Origin: Aquificaceae bacterium
GTDB lineage: Bacteria > Aquificota > Aquificia > Aquificales > Aquificaceae
Reading direction: 5' to 3'
Length of the DNA stretch: 53,608 nucleotides
Assembly: GCA_037924335.1 (NCBI GenBank)
Contig: JAXSMZ010000002.1
Location: 16,222-69,829, forward strand
Below the pieces are notes generated by a model that saw only the letters and a program-made list of their open reading frames with translations, searched no databases and was not told the DNA's origin. Made by a program: the position numbers and the translations under genes. Shown piece by piece: positions 21,675 to 31,397 of the stretch (positions are counted from its first letter, which is position 1; each line of letters opens with the position of its first letter).

Positions 21675-24600
21675 TTGAAGTATGTAGGATACCTTTTCCT
21701 TTTTTTACTTTTTGTTTACTTTGTCTTTCTCAAACCCTATATGCTTACGAGGGGGATAGAGATAGATTTAGAAGGCATTGGGATCAGTTTGAAGGATAGG
21801 GAGCTAAGGTTAGAGCATTCCCTTCTTTATATACCAAACCTAAAAGGTGGGTCGCTTTTTATAAACTTAAGGAATGTGAAGCTCAAACCAGAAGAACTGT
21901 ATGTGGAAAGCGTTCATGTTCTGGAAATTAGCAGATCAATCTCCGAAGAGCCATTTGACTACGATTTCACACAGCTTGCAAAGCTTGCAGAGAAGATAAA
22001 TGTGAAGGTGGATAGTGTGTACGTTTCTTTAAACAGTATACCACACAAGGAAAGTACAACAGTCTTTGTGGGAAGAGCTAAGCTTTCAAAGGGTAAACTT
22101 GCGTCCATGGACTGGTCTCGTGCATTCTACATGCACATGTATACACATCATCAGGTATACGTATTTCTGAAAAGGGCTCATGTATCTGAAGGAAGATTTT
22201 TCGTTGACGATGTTTTAGTATCTGGGGATGATTACTTCTTTGAAGGGGAAGGAGTATGGAAAGGAAAGGAAGGAAGCTTTCAAGCGGAGGGTTTTATAAA
22301 AGGACACAGCGACAACACGGTCAGCATAGAAGATATAAACGTTAAGGGTAGGGGTAAATTGAACTACACATCCCTGAACATAAGTTTTGAAGCTTACACA
22401 TCTGAGGTTTTGGTCAAGGGAAGAAAAGATTTTTACAATGTTAGGGCTGAAGGTAGTTTCCAAGTGGTCTTTGGAAAGAAAAAGATCATGAAAGCAAAGA
22501 TCAGCAGCGGACAAACCTACGCTTTAGTAGATTATCTCATGAGCCCAGAGGAAAAGCTCCATGTAAAATTCGTGGACTTTCCTGTAGATAGAGGGATTTT
22601 GGGGATAGAGAATCCAGTATACTCCCTTCTCTCTGGAAGTCTGACCGTATGGTTAAAAGAAAGGAGGGTCTCTCTTACTGGTTTTTCCAACAACCTTCTC
22701 CTTTTGGATAGGAGCTTCAAGAAGGTTAGCTTAGATGTCTTCCTTGATTATTCAAAGGGTATTCTGGGAAAATTTTACCTTTTTTTAGCAGACCCAGCCT
22801 ATGTCTCCGTATCCGGTCGATTTTTGGATAAGAACTTAGAGGGAAATATCTCCCTTTACATGTTTCCTTACTCAAACAGGGATGTTTCTTTCTATGTTGA
22901 CTACATGGGAGGAATCTCTTATAAAGACGGAGGATTTTCCACTTCTGGGAGGGGAAAGCTTACAAAGATTTTTTATAGGAATGTACCCATAGAAGACCTA
23001 TCCTTTAGTTTAAACCTGAAAGATAGTTTTTACGATGTTTCTTTCAACGGAGTTGGCTTTAAGGGGGAGGGGAAAGGATCCTATAAAGATAGGAGCTTTA
23101 GTGGAAATTTGAACTTTGATGGCTTTTCTTCAGTTTTCAACGGCTATGAATTCTATGGCTTGAATGGCAGTTTAAGGCTTGACTTGTACGCTGATAGGAT
23201 CAAAGCTTTGGGTAGTTTAGATGGAAACCTTTCAAAGGATGGAATTAGCCTATCTTTCCGATCCAAGTTTGACCTTTATAAGGAGAGGGAGCTTAGCGGT
23301 ATATTTTCGCTGGACATTAGCAACGTAAGAAGGGGAGACCTTACAGTGTCTCATGCAAAGATAAGGGGGACAGTAGAGAAGGGTCTTTTGAAAGCCTACT
23401 ACTCAATACATGACCATGCAAAGGGAGAGTTTAAATATCATCTAACAGAAGGTTACTACTCCATAGATGGGGATTACAGGATGGATGAAAAGCAGTACGC
23501 TTTGGACCATTCATACACGGCGCATGGGAAGGGGAAGGACCTCTCAGCCCATGTTGAAGGTAAAGGAAGGTATGAAACGTACACAATTCCTATAGACGCA
23601 AGCTTGGATATGTCCTCTGGAAAAATCAGGGGAGAGGTAAAGGGCTTTTCTACTAAGGTAGGTTTTCTAAACGTATCGGTTGGTGGTATCCTTCTTGAAG
23701 GTTCTGACAGATATGGGAGTATAGAGTTTAAAGGTGCTACTGTAAAAGCAAACTCAAGCGACCTCCTACAGGTAGAAGCTTCACAGGGCACTTACAGCGT
23801 AGAAAAGTGGCAGGTCAGCTTTCCTAACATACTCTTTTCAGGAAGCATAAAAGCCTCATCGGAGATACTCTATCAAAAGGACAGAGGGATCTTTATAAGC
23901 TCAGCTGGCAGTGTAAATTTGGGGGAGCTTATGACTCTTTTCAAGAGCAGGGTTCTCACCTATGGAACGGGTCAATTGAACTACACTTTTGAGAAGAGAG
24001 AAAAGCTTGTCAGGCTTAGAGTTTTTTCGTCAAAGGATATTGAGCTTCGCTCACGCTTTTTGTCCCTTCCCTTAAAGGGAAAGGTGTTTGCTCTCTACGA
24101 TGGAAACATATGGGAAGGCTCTGCAAACTTCAAGGAAAATAACACATATCTCAATGTTCAGGTCACAGGTGATAAAAAACTTATGGGTCTGACCTTCAAA
24201 GCTGAGAATCTTCCAATACTTTATAGGTCGGAGAATCTAAGGATGAGTGGTTTTTTAAACACCTCAGGAAGCCTAACCACAGATTACAGAAGGTTAAGCG
24301 TAAAGTCAAGGGTGGACATGAGAGGAGTAAATTTAAACATAAAAAGCACGAAAGGAAAGCCTCTTGAAAAGCCAGAATATTACAAGCTTATAAACATGGA
24401 CATAAAGCTATATGCAACTCAGCCAGTGAGAGTGAACATGCCAGAGGGCTACGTATATACTTACGTAGAAGGAAACCTCTTTGGCACGCTTTACGAACCA
24501 GATTACAATATAAAACTAAATCTGAGCGGTGGAACATTGGAATACTTTAACAAGGATTTCTATGTGAGGAGTGGAAGCTTAATGCTTACCCCAAAACAGA

Positions 24601-25094
24601 CTTTGCTAGATGTTAGCCTCATGTCACCTTCTCCCGATTACAACATACTGATAGATATAAAGGGGGATACTTCAAACCCAAAAGCTCTTGTCAGATCAGA
24701 ACCACCCAGAGAGACAAGGGAAGTGATCACGTCTTTAGTGCTAGGTGGTGGTGAGGGTGAGGGTATATTTTCTCTGTCTTCCGTTTTGATAGCTCAGTTT
24801 CCAGAGTTTAGCAGGCTTATACAAGGAGTGGAAAAGGCTGTAGGCACTGAGGTTAAATTGAGCATATCGTCAGTTACGAGTTCTACAGGTGAGGTGGGAG
24901 TAAAAACAAAGGTTTCTAAGGACCTTACAAAAAGGCTGAACATTGAGTATCAGCAGAGTACAGTAAAAGACCCAAAGGAGACTTATGGTGGCGCTGATGT
25001 GAAACTTTCTCCAAATACATCTGTGGGTGCAAGGGTATACTCTGATAAGTCCAAGGAGTTCAAGCTAAGGTTCAGAAAGAAGTTTGATTTTTAA
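21675..25094 (+). CDS. TamB/AsmA-like translocation and assembly module protein
   Basis: N-terminal TM anchor, 1139 aa rich in beta-strands and Gly, DUF490-like C-terminus (G...P...SEPP, terminal F). Confidence 0.7.
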   Translation: MKYVGYLFLFLLFVYFVFLKPYMLTRGIEIDLEGIGISLKDRELRLEHSLLYIPNLKGGSLFINLRNVKLKPEELYVESVHVLEISRSISEEPFDYDFTQLAKLAEKINVKVDSVYVSLNSIPHKESTTVFVGRAKLSKGKLASMDWSRAFYMHMYTHHQVYVFLKRAHVSEGRFFVDDVLVSGDDYFFEGEGVWKGKEGSFQAEGFIKGHSDNTVSIEDINVKGRGKLNYTSLNISFEAYTSEVLVKGRKDFYNVRAEGSFQVVFGKKKIMKAKISSGQTYALVDYLMSPEEKLHVKFVDFPVDRGILGIENPVYSLLSGSLTVWLKERRVSLTGFSNNLLLLDRSFKKVSLDVFLDYSKGILGKFYLFLADPAYVSVSGRFLDKNLEGNISLYMFPYSNRDVSFYVDYMGGISYKDGGFSTSGRGKLTKIFYRNVPIEDLSFSLNLKDSFYDVSFNGVGFKGEGKGSYKDRSFSGNLNFDGFSSVFNGYEFYGLNGSLRLDLYADRIKALGSLDGNLSKDGISLSFRSKFDLYKERELSGIFSLDISNVRRGDLTVSHAKIRGTVEKGLLKAYYSIHDHAKGEFKYHLTEGYYSIDGDYRMDEKQYALDHSYTAHGKGKDLSAHVEGKGRYETYTIPIDASLDMSSGKIRGEVKGFSTKVGFLNVSVGGILLEGSDRYGSIEFKGATVKANSSDLLQVEASQGTYSVEKWQVSFPNILFSGSIKASSEILYQKDRGIFISSAGSVNLGELMTLFKSRVLTYGTGQLNYTFEKREKLVRLRVFSSKDIELRSRFLSLPLKGKVFALYDGNIWEGSANFKENNTYLNVQVTGDKKLMGLTFKAENLPILYRSENLRMSGFLNTSGSLTTDYRRLSVKSRVDMRGVNLNIKSTKGKPLEKPEYYKLINMDIKLYATQPVRVNMPEGYVYTYVEGNLFGTLYEPDYNIKLNLSGGTLEYFNKDFYVRSGSLMLTPKQTLLDVSLMSPSPDYNILIDIKGDTSNPKALVRSEPPRETREVITSLVLGGGEGEGIFSLSSVLIAQFPEFSRLIQGVEKAVGTEVKLSISSVTSSTGEVGVKTKVSKDLTKRLNIEYQQSTVKDPKETYGGADVKLSPNTSVGARVYSDKSKEFKLRFRKKFDF

Positions 25095-25248
25095 CATGCT
25101 CCGTCTGAGATCTTGCCCGTTACAATAATTTTTAAGGAGAAATGCTTTTTCTAAAATACTTGCTTCTCTGCATGTATATTAGACAAAGCAGATTTCTGGT
25201 CTTTGCAAGAAGACGCTTTAGACAACTCCTTTGCCCTCGCTTGGGCTT

Positions 25249-25824
25249 TTAAGCCTTCACCTTCTTTATGAAGGTAAAGATCCTTTGGAGTAAAGTTATG
25301 AGAGAACCTATAAGTATGATAGTTATAGCAACTTCAACTATGCCTAAGAGGATACCTGCAAGCAAGACTATCCATCTTTCTGTCCTTTCAAAAAGGCCCA
25401 CTTTTAGGTCATAGCCCAAGCTCTCGGCCTTTGCTCTTGTATAACTCACACCATAGGAGAAGATAAGAGCAAGTAAAGAGAGGAAGGAAATGGTTTTATC
25501 TTCTAAGCTTAAGCTTATGGCTATGAATGGTGCAGAATCTGAGAATCTATCAACGACAGAATCCAAGAAGGAGCCTATATCATTCTTTAGGTTGGTTTTC
25601 CTTGCAAGAGTACCATCGATGGCATCGCCAAGCCCACCTATAAGTAGAAGGAAAAAGCTTATAAGATATTCCTGAAGATACAAAAATACAGAACCAAGGA
25701 CTACAAGGAGAAGTCCAGCGATTGTTATAGCGTTGGGGCTGATTCTCAACTTTGTGAGAAGTTGTACCAATGGTTCTATGGCTTTTTCGAAGTGGGGCTT
25801 TATATCTCTCGTTAAGTAGCTCAT
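25249..25824 (-). CDS. CDP-alcohol phosphatidyltransferase (start reassigned to ATG 25824)
   Basis: SPNAIT and DAIDGTLAR...G.FLDSVVDRFSD; YTRAKAE resembles phosphatidylinositol(-phosphate) synthases. Confidence 0.88.
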   Translation of the reverse strand: MSYLTRDIKPHFEKAIEPLVQLLTKLRISPNAITIAGLLLVVLGSVFLYLQEYLISFFLLLIGGLGDAIDGTLARKTNLKNDIGSFLDSVVDRFSDSAPFIAISLSLEDKTISFLSLLALIFSYGVSYTRAKAESLGYDLKVGLFERTERWIVLLAGILLGIVEVAITIILIGSLITLLQRIFTFIKKVKA

Positions 25825-25836
25825 TCTCTCCTCACA

Positions 25837-25923
25837 CGGCGAGGGAGGGATTCGAACCCCCGGTGGGGACTGCCCCACAGCGATTTTCGAGACCGCCCCG
25901 TTCGTCCACTCCGGCACCTCGCC
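25837..25923 (-). tRNA. tRNA-Ser(CGA), CCA not encoded
   Basis: GGCGAGG/CCTCGCC acceptor stem, GCGGT-CTCGAAA-ATCGC anticodon arm, long variable arm, GGTTCGAATCC. Confidence 0.95.
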
Positions 25924-25942
25924 TTTGGTATTATTATATACA

Positions 25943-27256
25943 ATGCTTGAACTCAACAGTCTTCTTAAAGGTGAGGAAAGTGTGTGTGTTGTAGGTTTGG
26001 GGTATGTGGGGCTACCACTTGCCCTTGCCTTTGCAAAGCACTTTAAAGTCATTGGCTTTGATAAAAACTCTCAAAGGATAAAGGAATTAAAATTGGGTGT
26101 GGATAGGTCTCGCCAAGTTCCAAAGGAAGAGATACTTACATCAAGTATAGAGTTTACGGACAACGAGAAGGATATAAATAAGGCTAGGTTTATCATCATA
26201 GCCGTTCCCACGCCGGTAGACAAGCTCAAAAACCCAGACCTATCCTTTTTGAAGTCTGCGTCCTCTCTTGTAGGGAAAAATCTTAAAAAGGGTTCTGTGG
26301 TGGTTTATGAATCCACTGTCTACCCTGGTGCTACGGAGGAGGTTTGTGTGCCCATTCTGGAGAAAGAAAGCGGTTTGATTTGGAAGAGGGATTTCTTTGT
26401 AGGTTACTCACCTGAGAGAGTAAACCCAGGGGACAGAGAGCATACTATAGAAAACGTAGTAAAGGTTGTGTCTGGAGATACTGAACATACCATTGAGCTT
26501 GTTGCATCAGTTTACGCAAGAGTTATAAAGGCGGGAGTGTACAGGGCTAAGGATATAAAGACTGCCGAAGCAGCAAAGGTTATAGAAAACATACAGAGGG
26601 ATATAAACATAGCCCTTATGAACGAGCTTGCCATGATCTTTGGTAGAATGGGGTTGGACACAAAGCAGGTTTTGGAAGCTGCAAGCACCAAGTGGAACTT
26701 CCTCAGGTTTGAGCCTGGGCTTGTCGGTGGACACTGTATACCAGTAGACCCATACTACCTTGCCCATAAGTCCTTGGAAGTCGGCCATGTACCCCATCTT
26801 ATCCTTGCTGGAAGGAGTATAAACGAGGAGGTCCCTTCTTACATAGCGAAGCAGACTGTCAAGCTCCTTATAAAAGCTGGGAAGAGAGTAAAGGAAGCAA
26901 AGCTTGCCATACTTGGAATCACATTCAAGGAGAATGTGCCGGATGTAAGAAACAGCAAAGCTTACGAGCTATATAAGGAACTAAAAGACTTTGATATAGA
27001 TGTTTATGTGTACGACCCAGTGGCCGATACAGAGGAAGTCTTCTCCGAGTACGCCATAGAACTTATCAAGGACTTAAAAGCTTATGCTCCTTACGATGGT
27101 ATCCTTTTAGCGGTAAAACACAGACTTTTTATGGAAGGTTTTCAGCTTGAATTTTACAAGTCCATAACAACAAAACCTTACATACTCCTTGACATAAAAG
27201 GTGTTTATGACATAAAGGAGGCTAAAGAAAAGGGCTTTTTGTACTGGAGGTTATAA
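25943..27256 (+). CDS. UDP-N-acetylhexosamine 6-dehydrogenase (WbpO/TviB type)
   Basis: GLGYVGLP, YESTVYPG, SPER, GGHCIPVDPYY, GITFKEN. Confidence 0.9.
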   Translation: MLELNSLLKGEESVCVVGLGYVGLPLALAFAKHFKVIGFDKNSQRIKELKLGVDRSRQVPKEEILTSSIEFTDNEKDINKARFIIIAVPTPVDKLKNPDLSFLKSASSLVGKNLKKGSVVVYESTVYPGATEEVCVPILEKESGLIWKRDFFVGYSPERVNPGDREHTIENVVKVVSGDTEHTIELVASVYARVIKAGVYRAKDIKTAEAAKVIENIQRDINIALMNELAMIFGRMGLDTKQVLEAASTKWNFLRFEPGLVGGHCIPVDPYYLAHKSLEVGHVPHLILAGRSINEEVPSYIAKQTVKLLIKAGKRVKEAKLAILGITFKENVPDVRNSKAYELYKELKDFDIDVYVYDPVADTEEVFSEYAIELIKDLKAYAPYDGILLAVKHRLFMEGFQLEFYKSITTKPYILLDIKGVYDIKEAKEKGFLYWRL

Positions 27257-27730
27257 GATACGCTTGAGTGTGGTGGAAGCTATATCTAAAAGCACATGAA
27301 AGACCTCAGATGCTATAAGCCCGAGTAAAAAGAAGAAGGCAGATTCTTTATTTGCTATTGAAAGCACTGTATCAAAAGAGATGAAGATGTTGGAAAGCTC
27401 AGGGTATGTATATCTAAGAATACCTATCAGGATAAAGTATATAAAGACTATCAACAGGTTGAGATAAAAGAGTCTTATGAATGTACCAAATACAGGGATA
27501 TGGGAGAAACCTCTATGCCTGGAACCCTTTTGGTAAGGCATCCATATAAACCTTATATACTTCCATCTTCTTGATGGTTTAGAGTGTTTTATGTCTATGT
27601 CTGGAGATAAGAAAAAAGTTCCCAGTAAGTATCCAAGCGTAAAAGGAAAGTAAAACTCCTTTGGTACCAAGTATAAAGCTGCTGGTAGTAAGATTAGATT
27701 TATAGCCTCATGAGTTTTTCCAAGCGCCAT
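27251..27730 (-). CDS. DUF2227-like putative metal-binding membrane protein
   Basis: GKTH, LSPDID, HRGFSH, HVLLD motifs. Confidence 0.75.
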   Translation of the reverse strand: MALGKTHEAINLILLPAALYLVPKEFYFPFTLGYLLGTFFLSPDIDIKHSKPSRRWKYIRFIWMPYQKGSRHRGFSHIPVFGTFIRLFYLNLLIVFIYFILIGILRYTYPELSNIFISFDTVLSIANKESAFFFLLGLIASEVFHVLLDIASTTLKRIL

Positions 27731-29364
27731 CAGCTATCCTCAACATCCACAAGATTAAAGACTCTTCTCTTTGCATCCACTGTGTAAGCTATCCTTCTCT
27801 CCGTATACCCCAAGTTGATAAGTTTTTTATTTATGTTGGGATTGTAACTTACAAAGTGCACACCCTGGTTTGACCTCAGAACAAGCTTCTCTGTGTTTCC
27901 TTCCGCTCTTTCCACCCTTAAAGGGTGCGACATAAAAACTGGTGTTGGAAAGCCTTCCCCATAAGGTTCTAACTTTATCAAGCTCCTCAAAACGTCCTCC
28001 TTTACTTCCTTTGGTTCTAGCAGTATATCTATGTATAGCTTTGGCTCTTCCTTTCTCATCTCTGAAAAAACCTCATCTACGTACTTTTCAAACCTGCCTA
28101 TATCTTCTACCCTTATGGTAAGGCCTGCTGCGCTTGCATGTCCACCCCACTTGACAAACATATGGGAGAGCTTCTTTATGCCCTCGTATATACTTAATCC
28201 CTCAACACCCCTTACAGAGGCCGTAGCAAACTCTTTACCCATGGAGAAGACGGCAGAAGGCTTTGACAGTATATTGGAGAGCCTACCAGCAACTATACCA
28301 GCAACCCCTCCTACCCATTCTTCCATTTTTACAACCAAGAAGTTTTTGCTCTGCTGTCCCTTTACACTGTTCATGGCTTTTTTAAAGGCTATGTCGGAGA
28401 GGTACTTCCTATAGCTATTGACTTCCTCTATCCTCTTTGCCCACATTCTTGCTGTCCTCTCATCCTTTGAAAGAAGTAAGTTCATAGCCATGATGGTTTT
28501 GGAGACCCTTCCAGGTGCGTTCAACCGAGGTGCTATGGAAAAACTTATATCCCTAGACGTTATATCCCCCTTTATACCTATGTTTTCCACAAGAGCCTTT
28601 ATACCGTACGAATTTTCAGTGTTATGTTTGATCATATGATTTATCACCCTTATTCCGTTTGATACGATGATCCTGTTAAGGTAGTTCAGAGGCATCACAT
28701 CGGCAAGAGTGCCCATGGCGGTAAGGTAAAGATAGTTTCTCACATCAAAGTCTATGTTTAACTCTCTTCTGAGTTTGGCAACGAGGTAAAAACTCAAAGT
28801 GGCCGAAGACACCTCCTTTAGTTCATCTGGGACATTGCCTATCTTAGGGTTTATGATCAGAGCCTTTGGTATCTCATCGTGTGGGTTGTGATGGTCTATT
28901 ATGATGGTTTCTATCTTTGAGTTTTTTAGCTCTTGGGTTGCGGTGGTTCCGTTGTCAACAGTTATGAGAAGGTTTGCGTAGTTGGAGAATTCCTCAACGA
29001 GCTCCCTACTAAGCCCATAGCCTCCTTGCCTGCTTGGGAATACGGCATAAACCTTTGCACCAGCCCTCTTTAGAAAATCATAGAGCATCACACTGCCAGT
29101 TATACCATCCACATCGTAATCTCCATATATGATTATCCTTTCACCTTTTTTAATACTCCTCGTTATTCTCTCCGCCCCTTCTTCTATGTTGGGAATGGTG
29201 TAATAGGGAAGCAGGTTTTTAAGCTTGTTGTCAAAGATGTTTTCATCGAGGTTTCTGTTGGATAGTATCTGGGCTATAAGATGCCCATATTTTTCCTCAA
29301 GGTCTTTATCGGGCTTTACCTTCTCACTCAATAAGACCCATTCCTTTCCAGATATACCTTTCAT
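27730..29364 (-). CDS. recJ: Single-stranded-DNA-specific exonuclease
   Basis: GDYDVDG, TVDNG, DHH, PRLNA, GGH-x-SAAG, LEPYG. Confidence 0.92.
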   Translation of the reverse strand: MKGISGKEWVLLSEKVKPDKDLEEKYGHLIAQILSNRNLDENIFDNKLKNLLPYYTIPNIEEGAERITRSIKKGERIIIYGDYDVDGITGSVMLYDFLKRAGAKVYAVFPSRQGGYGLSRELVEEFSNYANLLITVDNGTTATQELKNSKIETIIIDHHNPHDEIPKALIINPKIGNVPDELKEVSSATLSFYLVAKLRRELNIDFDVRNYLYLTAMGTLADVMPLNYLNRIIVSNGIRVINHMIKHNTENSYGIKALVENIGIKGDITSRDISFSIAPRLNAPGRVSKTIMAMNLLLSKDERTARMWAKRIEEVNSYRKYLSDIAFKKAMNSVKGQQSKNFLVVKMEEWVGGVAGIVAGRLSNILSKPSAVFSMGKEFATASVRGVEGLSIYEGIKKLSHMFVKWGGHASAAGLTIRVEDIGRFEKYVDEVFSEMRKEEPKLYIDILLEPKEVKEDVLRSLIKLEPYGEGFPTPVFMSHPLRVERAEGNTEKLVLRSNQGVHFVSYNPNINKKLINLGYTERRIAYTVDAKRRVFNLVDVEDS

Positions 29365-30719
29365 TTCCTTTCAAGGTTTAAAAACTCTTCACACCACTTG
29401 GAGATACTTCCAGCACCCATAAAGAGTATCACATCGTTTTCATCAATGCTTTCTTCTAATGCCTCAAATAGCCTCTCTTTATCTCCAGCGTAGATGCACT
29501 CAGAAGCCTTTGCAAGGTCTTGAGAGGATACGCCGTATACGTTTTTCTCCCCAGCTGAGTATATCTCTGTTATGAAACATGGGCTTGCTTGTCTTAAGAC
29601 CTCACAGAACTTGTCGAAAAGATAGAACGTCCTAGAGTATCTGTGTGGTTGAAAAACTAAAAGAATACGTCTATCTGGATACAGTTCTTTGATGGTGTTC
29701 ATAACAGCAAGCATCTCCGTTGGATGATGACCATAGTCATCGTAAACGGGGCACCCTCTGAAGTAACCCTTAAGCTCAAGCCTTCTTTCTGCGTTTTTGA
29801 AGGTCTCAAGGGAGCGCTTTACAGTTTCAAAAGAAATATCCATGTTGATAGCAACTCCTATGCTGGCTAAGGCATTATAAACGTTATGTTTTCCAGAAAT
29901 TGATAGATGTATATTCCCAAGCCTTTGCCCTCTATAGGAGATGTCAAACCTGTAAGCTCCCCCTATCAGCTGTAAATTATGGGCTATGATGTCTGCATCC
30001 TCTTCTATTCCAAAGGTTATTACCTTCTTTTTCACATTTTCCATCACTTCTTTTGAGTTTCTATCGTCAACATTCATAACGCAGAAACCGTAGAAAGGCA
30101 CGCTATTGGCAAACTTTAAAAAGGCTTCCTTTATATCCTCAATATCTCTGTAGTAGTCCATATGCTCTTTGTCTATGTTGGTTACAACGGCAACCGTTGG
30201 AAAAAGCCTTAGAAAAGACCCATCGCTTTCATCTGCCTCAGATATAATAAGCTCGCTGCTTCCAAGCCTTGCATTGCTTCCAAACTTATGTAACACACCA
30301 CCTATTAAAACGGTTGGGTCATACCCAGCTTCGTGGACTATGTGGGCTATCATGGATGTTGTTGTAGTTTTACCATGAGACCCACAAACAGCTATGCCTT
30401 CTTTTAACCTGAAGAGCTCTGCAAGCATTTCACCCCTTGAAATAACAGGTATACCCATTTTTTTAGCCTGCAAAAGCTCTGGATTGTCCTCTGCCACAGC
30501 CGAGGAGTAAACTACTACATGGACATCCCCAACGTTTTCAGCCCCGTGACCTATGCTTATCCTTGCTCCTCTCCTTCTTAAAAGTTCAATGTTCTTGTTC
30601 TCTTTTATATCCGAACCAGAAACATGATAACCCATATCTATAAGCACCTGTGCAATACCGCTCATACCCATTCCGCCTATACCAACAAAGTGGAACTTCC
30701 TTATCTTCTCCCTGAACAT
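29361..30719 (-). CDS. murC: UDP-N-acetylmuramate-L-alanine ligase
   Basis: GIGGMGMSG, GSHGKTTT, EADESDG, DDYGHHPTE, FQPHRYSR. Confidence 0.97.
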   Translation of the reverse strand: MFREKIRKFHFVGIGGMGMSGIAQVLIDMGYHVSGSDIKENKNIELLRRRGARISIGHGAENVGDVHVVVYSSAVAEDNPELLQAKKMGIPVISRGEMLAELFRLKEGIAVCGSHGKTTTTSMIAHIVHEAGYDPTVLIGGVLHKFGSNARLGSSELIISEADESDGSFLRLFPTVAVVTNIDKEHMDYYRDIEDIKEAFLKFANSVPFYGFCVMNVDDRNSKEVMENVKKKVITFGIEEDADIIAHNLQLIGGAYRFDISYRGQRLGNIHLSISGKHNVYNALASIGVAINMDISFETVKRSLETFKNAERRLELKGYFRGCPVYDDYGHHPTEMLAVMNTIKELYPDRRILLVFQPHRYSRTFYLFDKFCEVLRQASPCFITEIYSAGEKNVYGVSSQDLAKASECIYAGDKERLFEALEESIDENDVILFMGAGSISKWCEEFLNLERK

Positions 30720-30736
30720 TTGGCTAAAATTTTAAC

Positions 30737-31387
30737 ATGCATGGATTTATCTCAGTTGCCTTCAAAACATTGGGCATAACAGAAGAAAAGTGTACAGTTT
30801 GTGGTGGCTCAAATCTACCAGAGGATCAGGGCTACGTGTGTGAAGAATGTCTGAGCCTAATAAAGCCCACCCATCCTATGGAATACAGACCATTACCTTA
30901 TGTATCCTCATACAGGGTGTACGGAAGGTACGAGGACGTTTTGAGGGAAGTTATACTGTGTATAAAGTTTAAAAATAACGTACCGTTGGCTAGATGGCTT
31001 GGAAGGGCCATATCCATGCATCTTTGGGATTACATAACAGACCTGAACCCAGACCTCATAACCTACCCAGCTATAAACATAAGAAGGTTTTGGACAAGAG
31101 GATTCAACCATGTGGAAGAAATGCTAAAGGGTGCTGGAGTGCCTTACGTGAACCTCTTTAAGAGGGTAGGCTTTGATGGACCATCTGCCAGCATGAAGAA
31201 GGAAGAGATGTATAAGAAGGTACACAGTCACAGATTAAGAGGGGAACTCATAGACTTTTTAGAGGGTAAAAGAATTCTAGTCGTAGATGATATTTTAACT
31301 ACTGGTGCAACCATGTCAAGACTTGGAGAGCTTCTATTTTCTGTTGGTGCTGAGGAAGTTCATGCCTTCTTTGTAGCAGAGGAATAA
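30737..31387 (+). CDS. comF: ComF family competence protein (zinc finger plus PRTase domain)
   Basis: CTVC...CEEC, RGFNH, VDDILTTGAT. Confidence 0.85.
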   Translation: MHGFISVAFKTLGITEEKCTVCGGSNLPEDQGYVCEECLSLIKPTHPMEYRPLPYVSSYRVYGRYEDVLREVILCIKFKNNVPLARWLGRAISMHLWDYITDLNPDLITYPAINIRRFWTRGFNHVEEMLKGAGVPYVNLFKRVGFDGPSASMKKEEMYKKVHSHRLRGELIDFLEGKRILVVDDILTTGATMSRLGELLFSVGAEEVHAFFVAEE

Positions 31388-31397
31388 CTTATAGCTT

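Noticed and set aside
11355..25923. tRNA-Arg or tRNA-Ser as integration sites of an island
   Set aside because: No duplicated tRNA 3' ends or integrase seen; flanking genes are housekeeping.
25825..26052. 76-aa N-terminal extension of the CDP-alcohol transferase in the ORF track
   Set aside because: It reads through tRNA-Ser and the opposite-strand gene; the real start is ATG 25824 with a GAGGAG SD.
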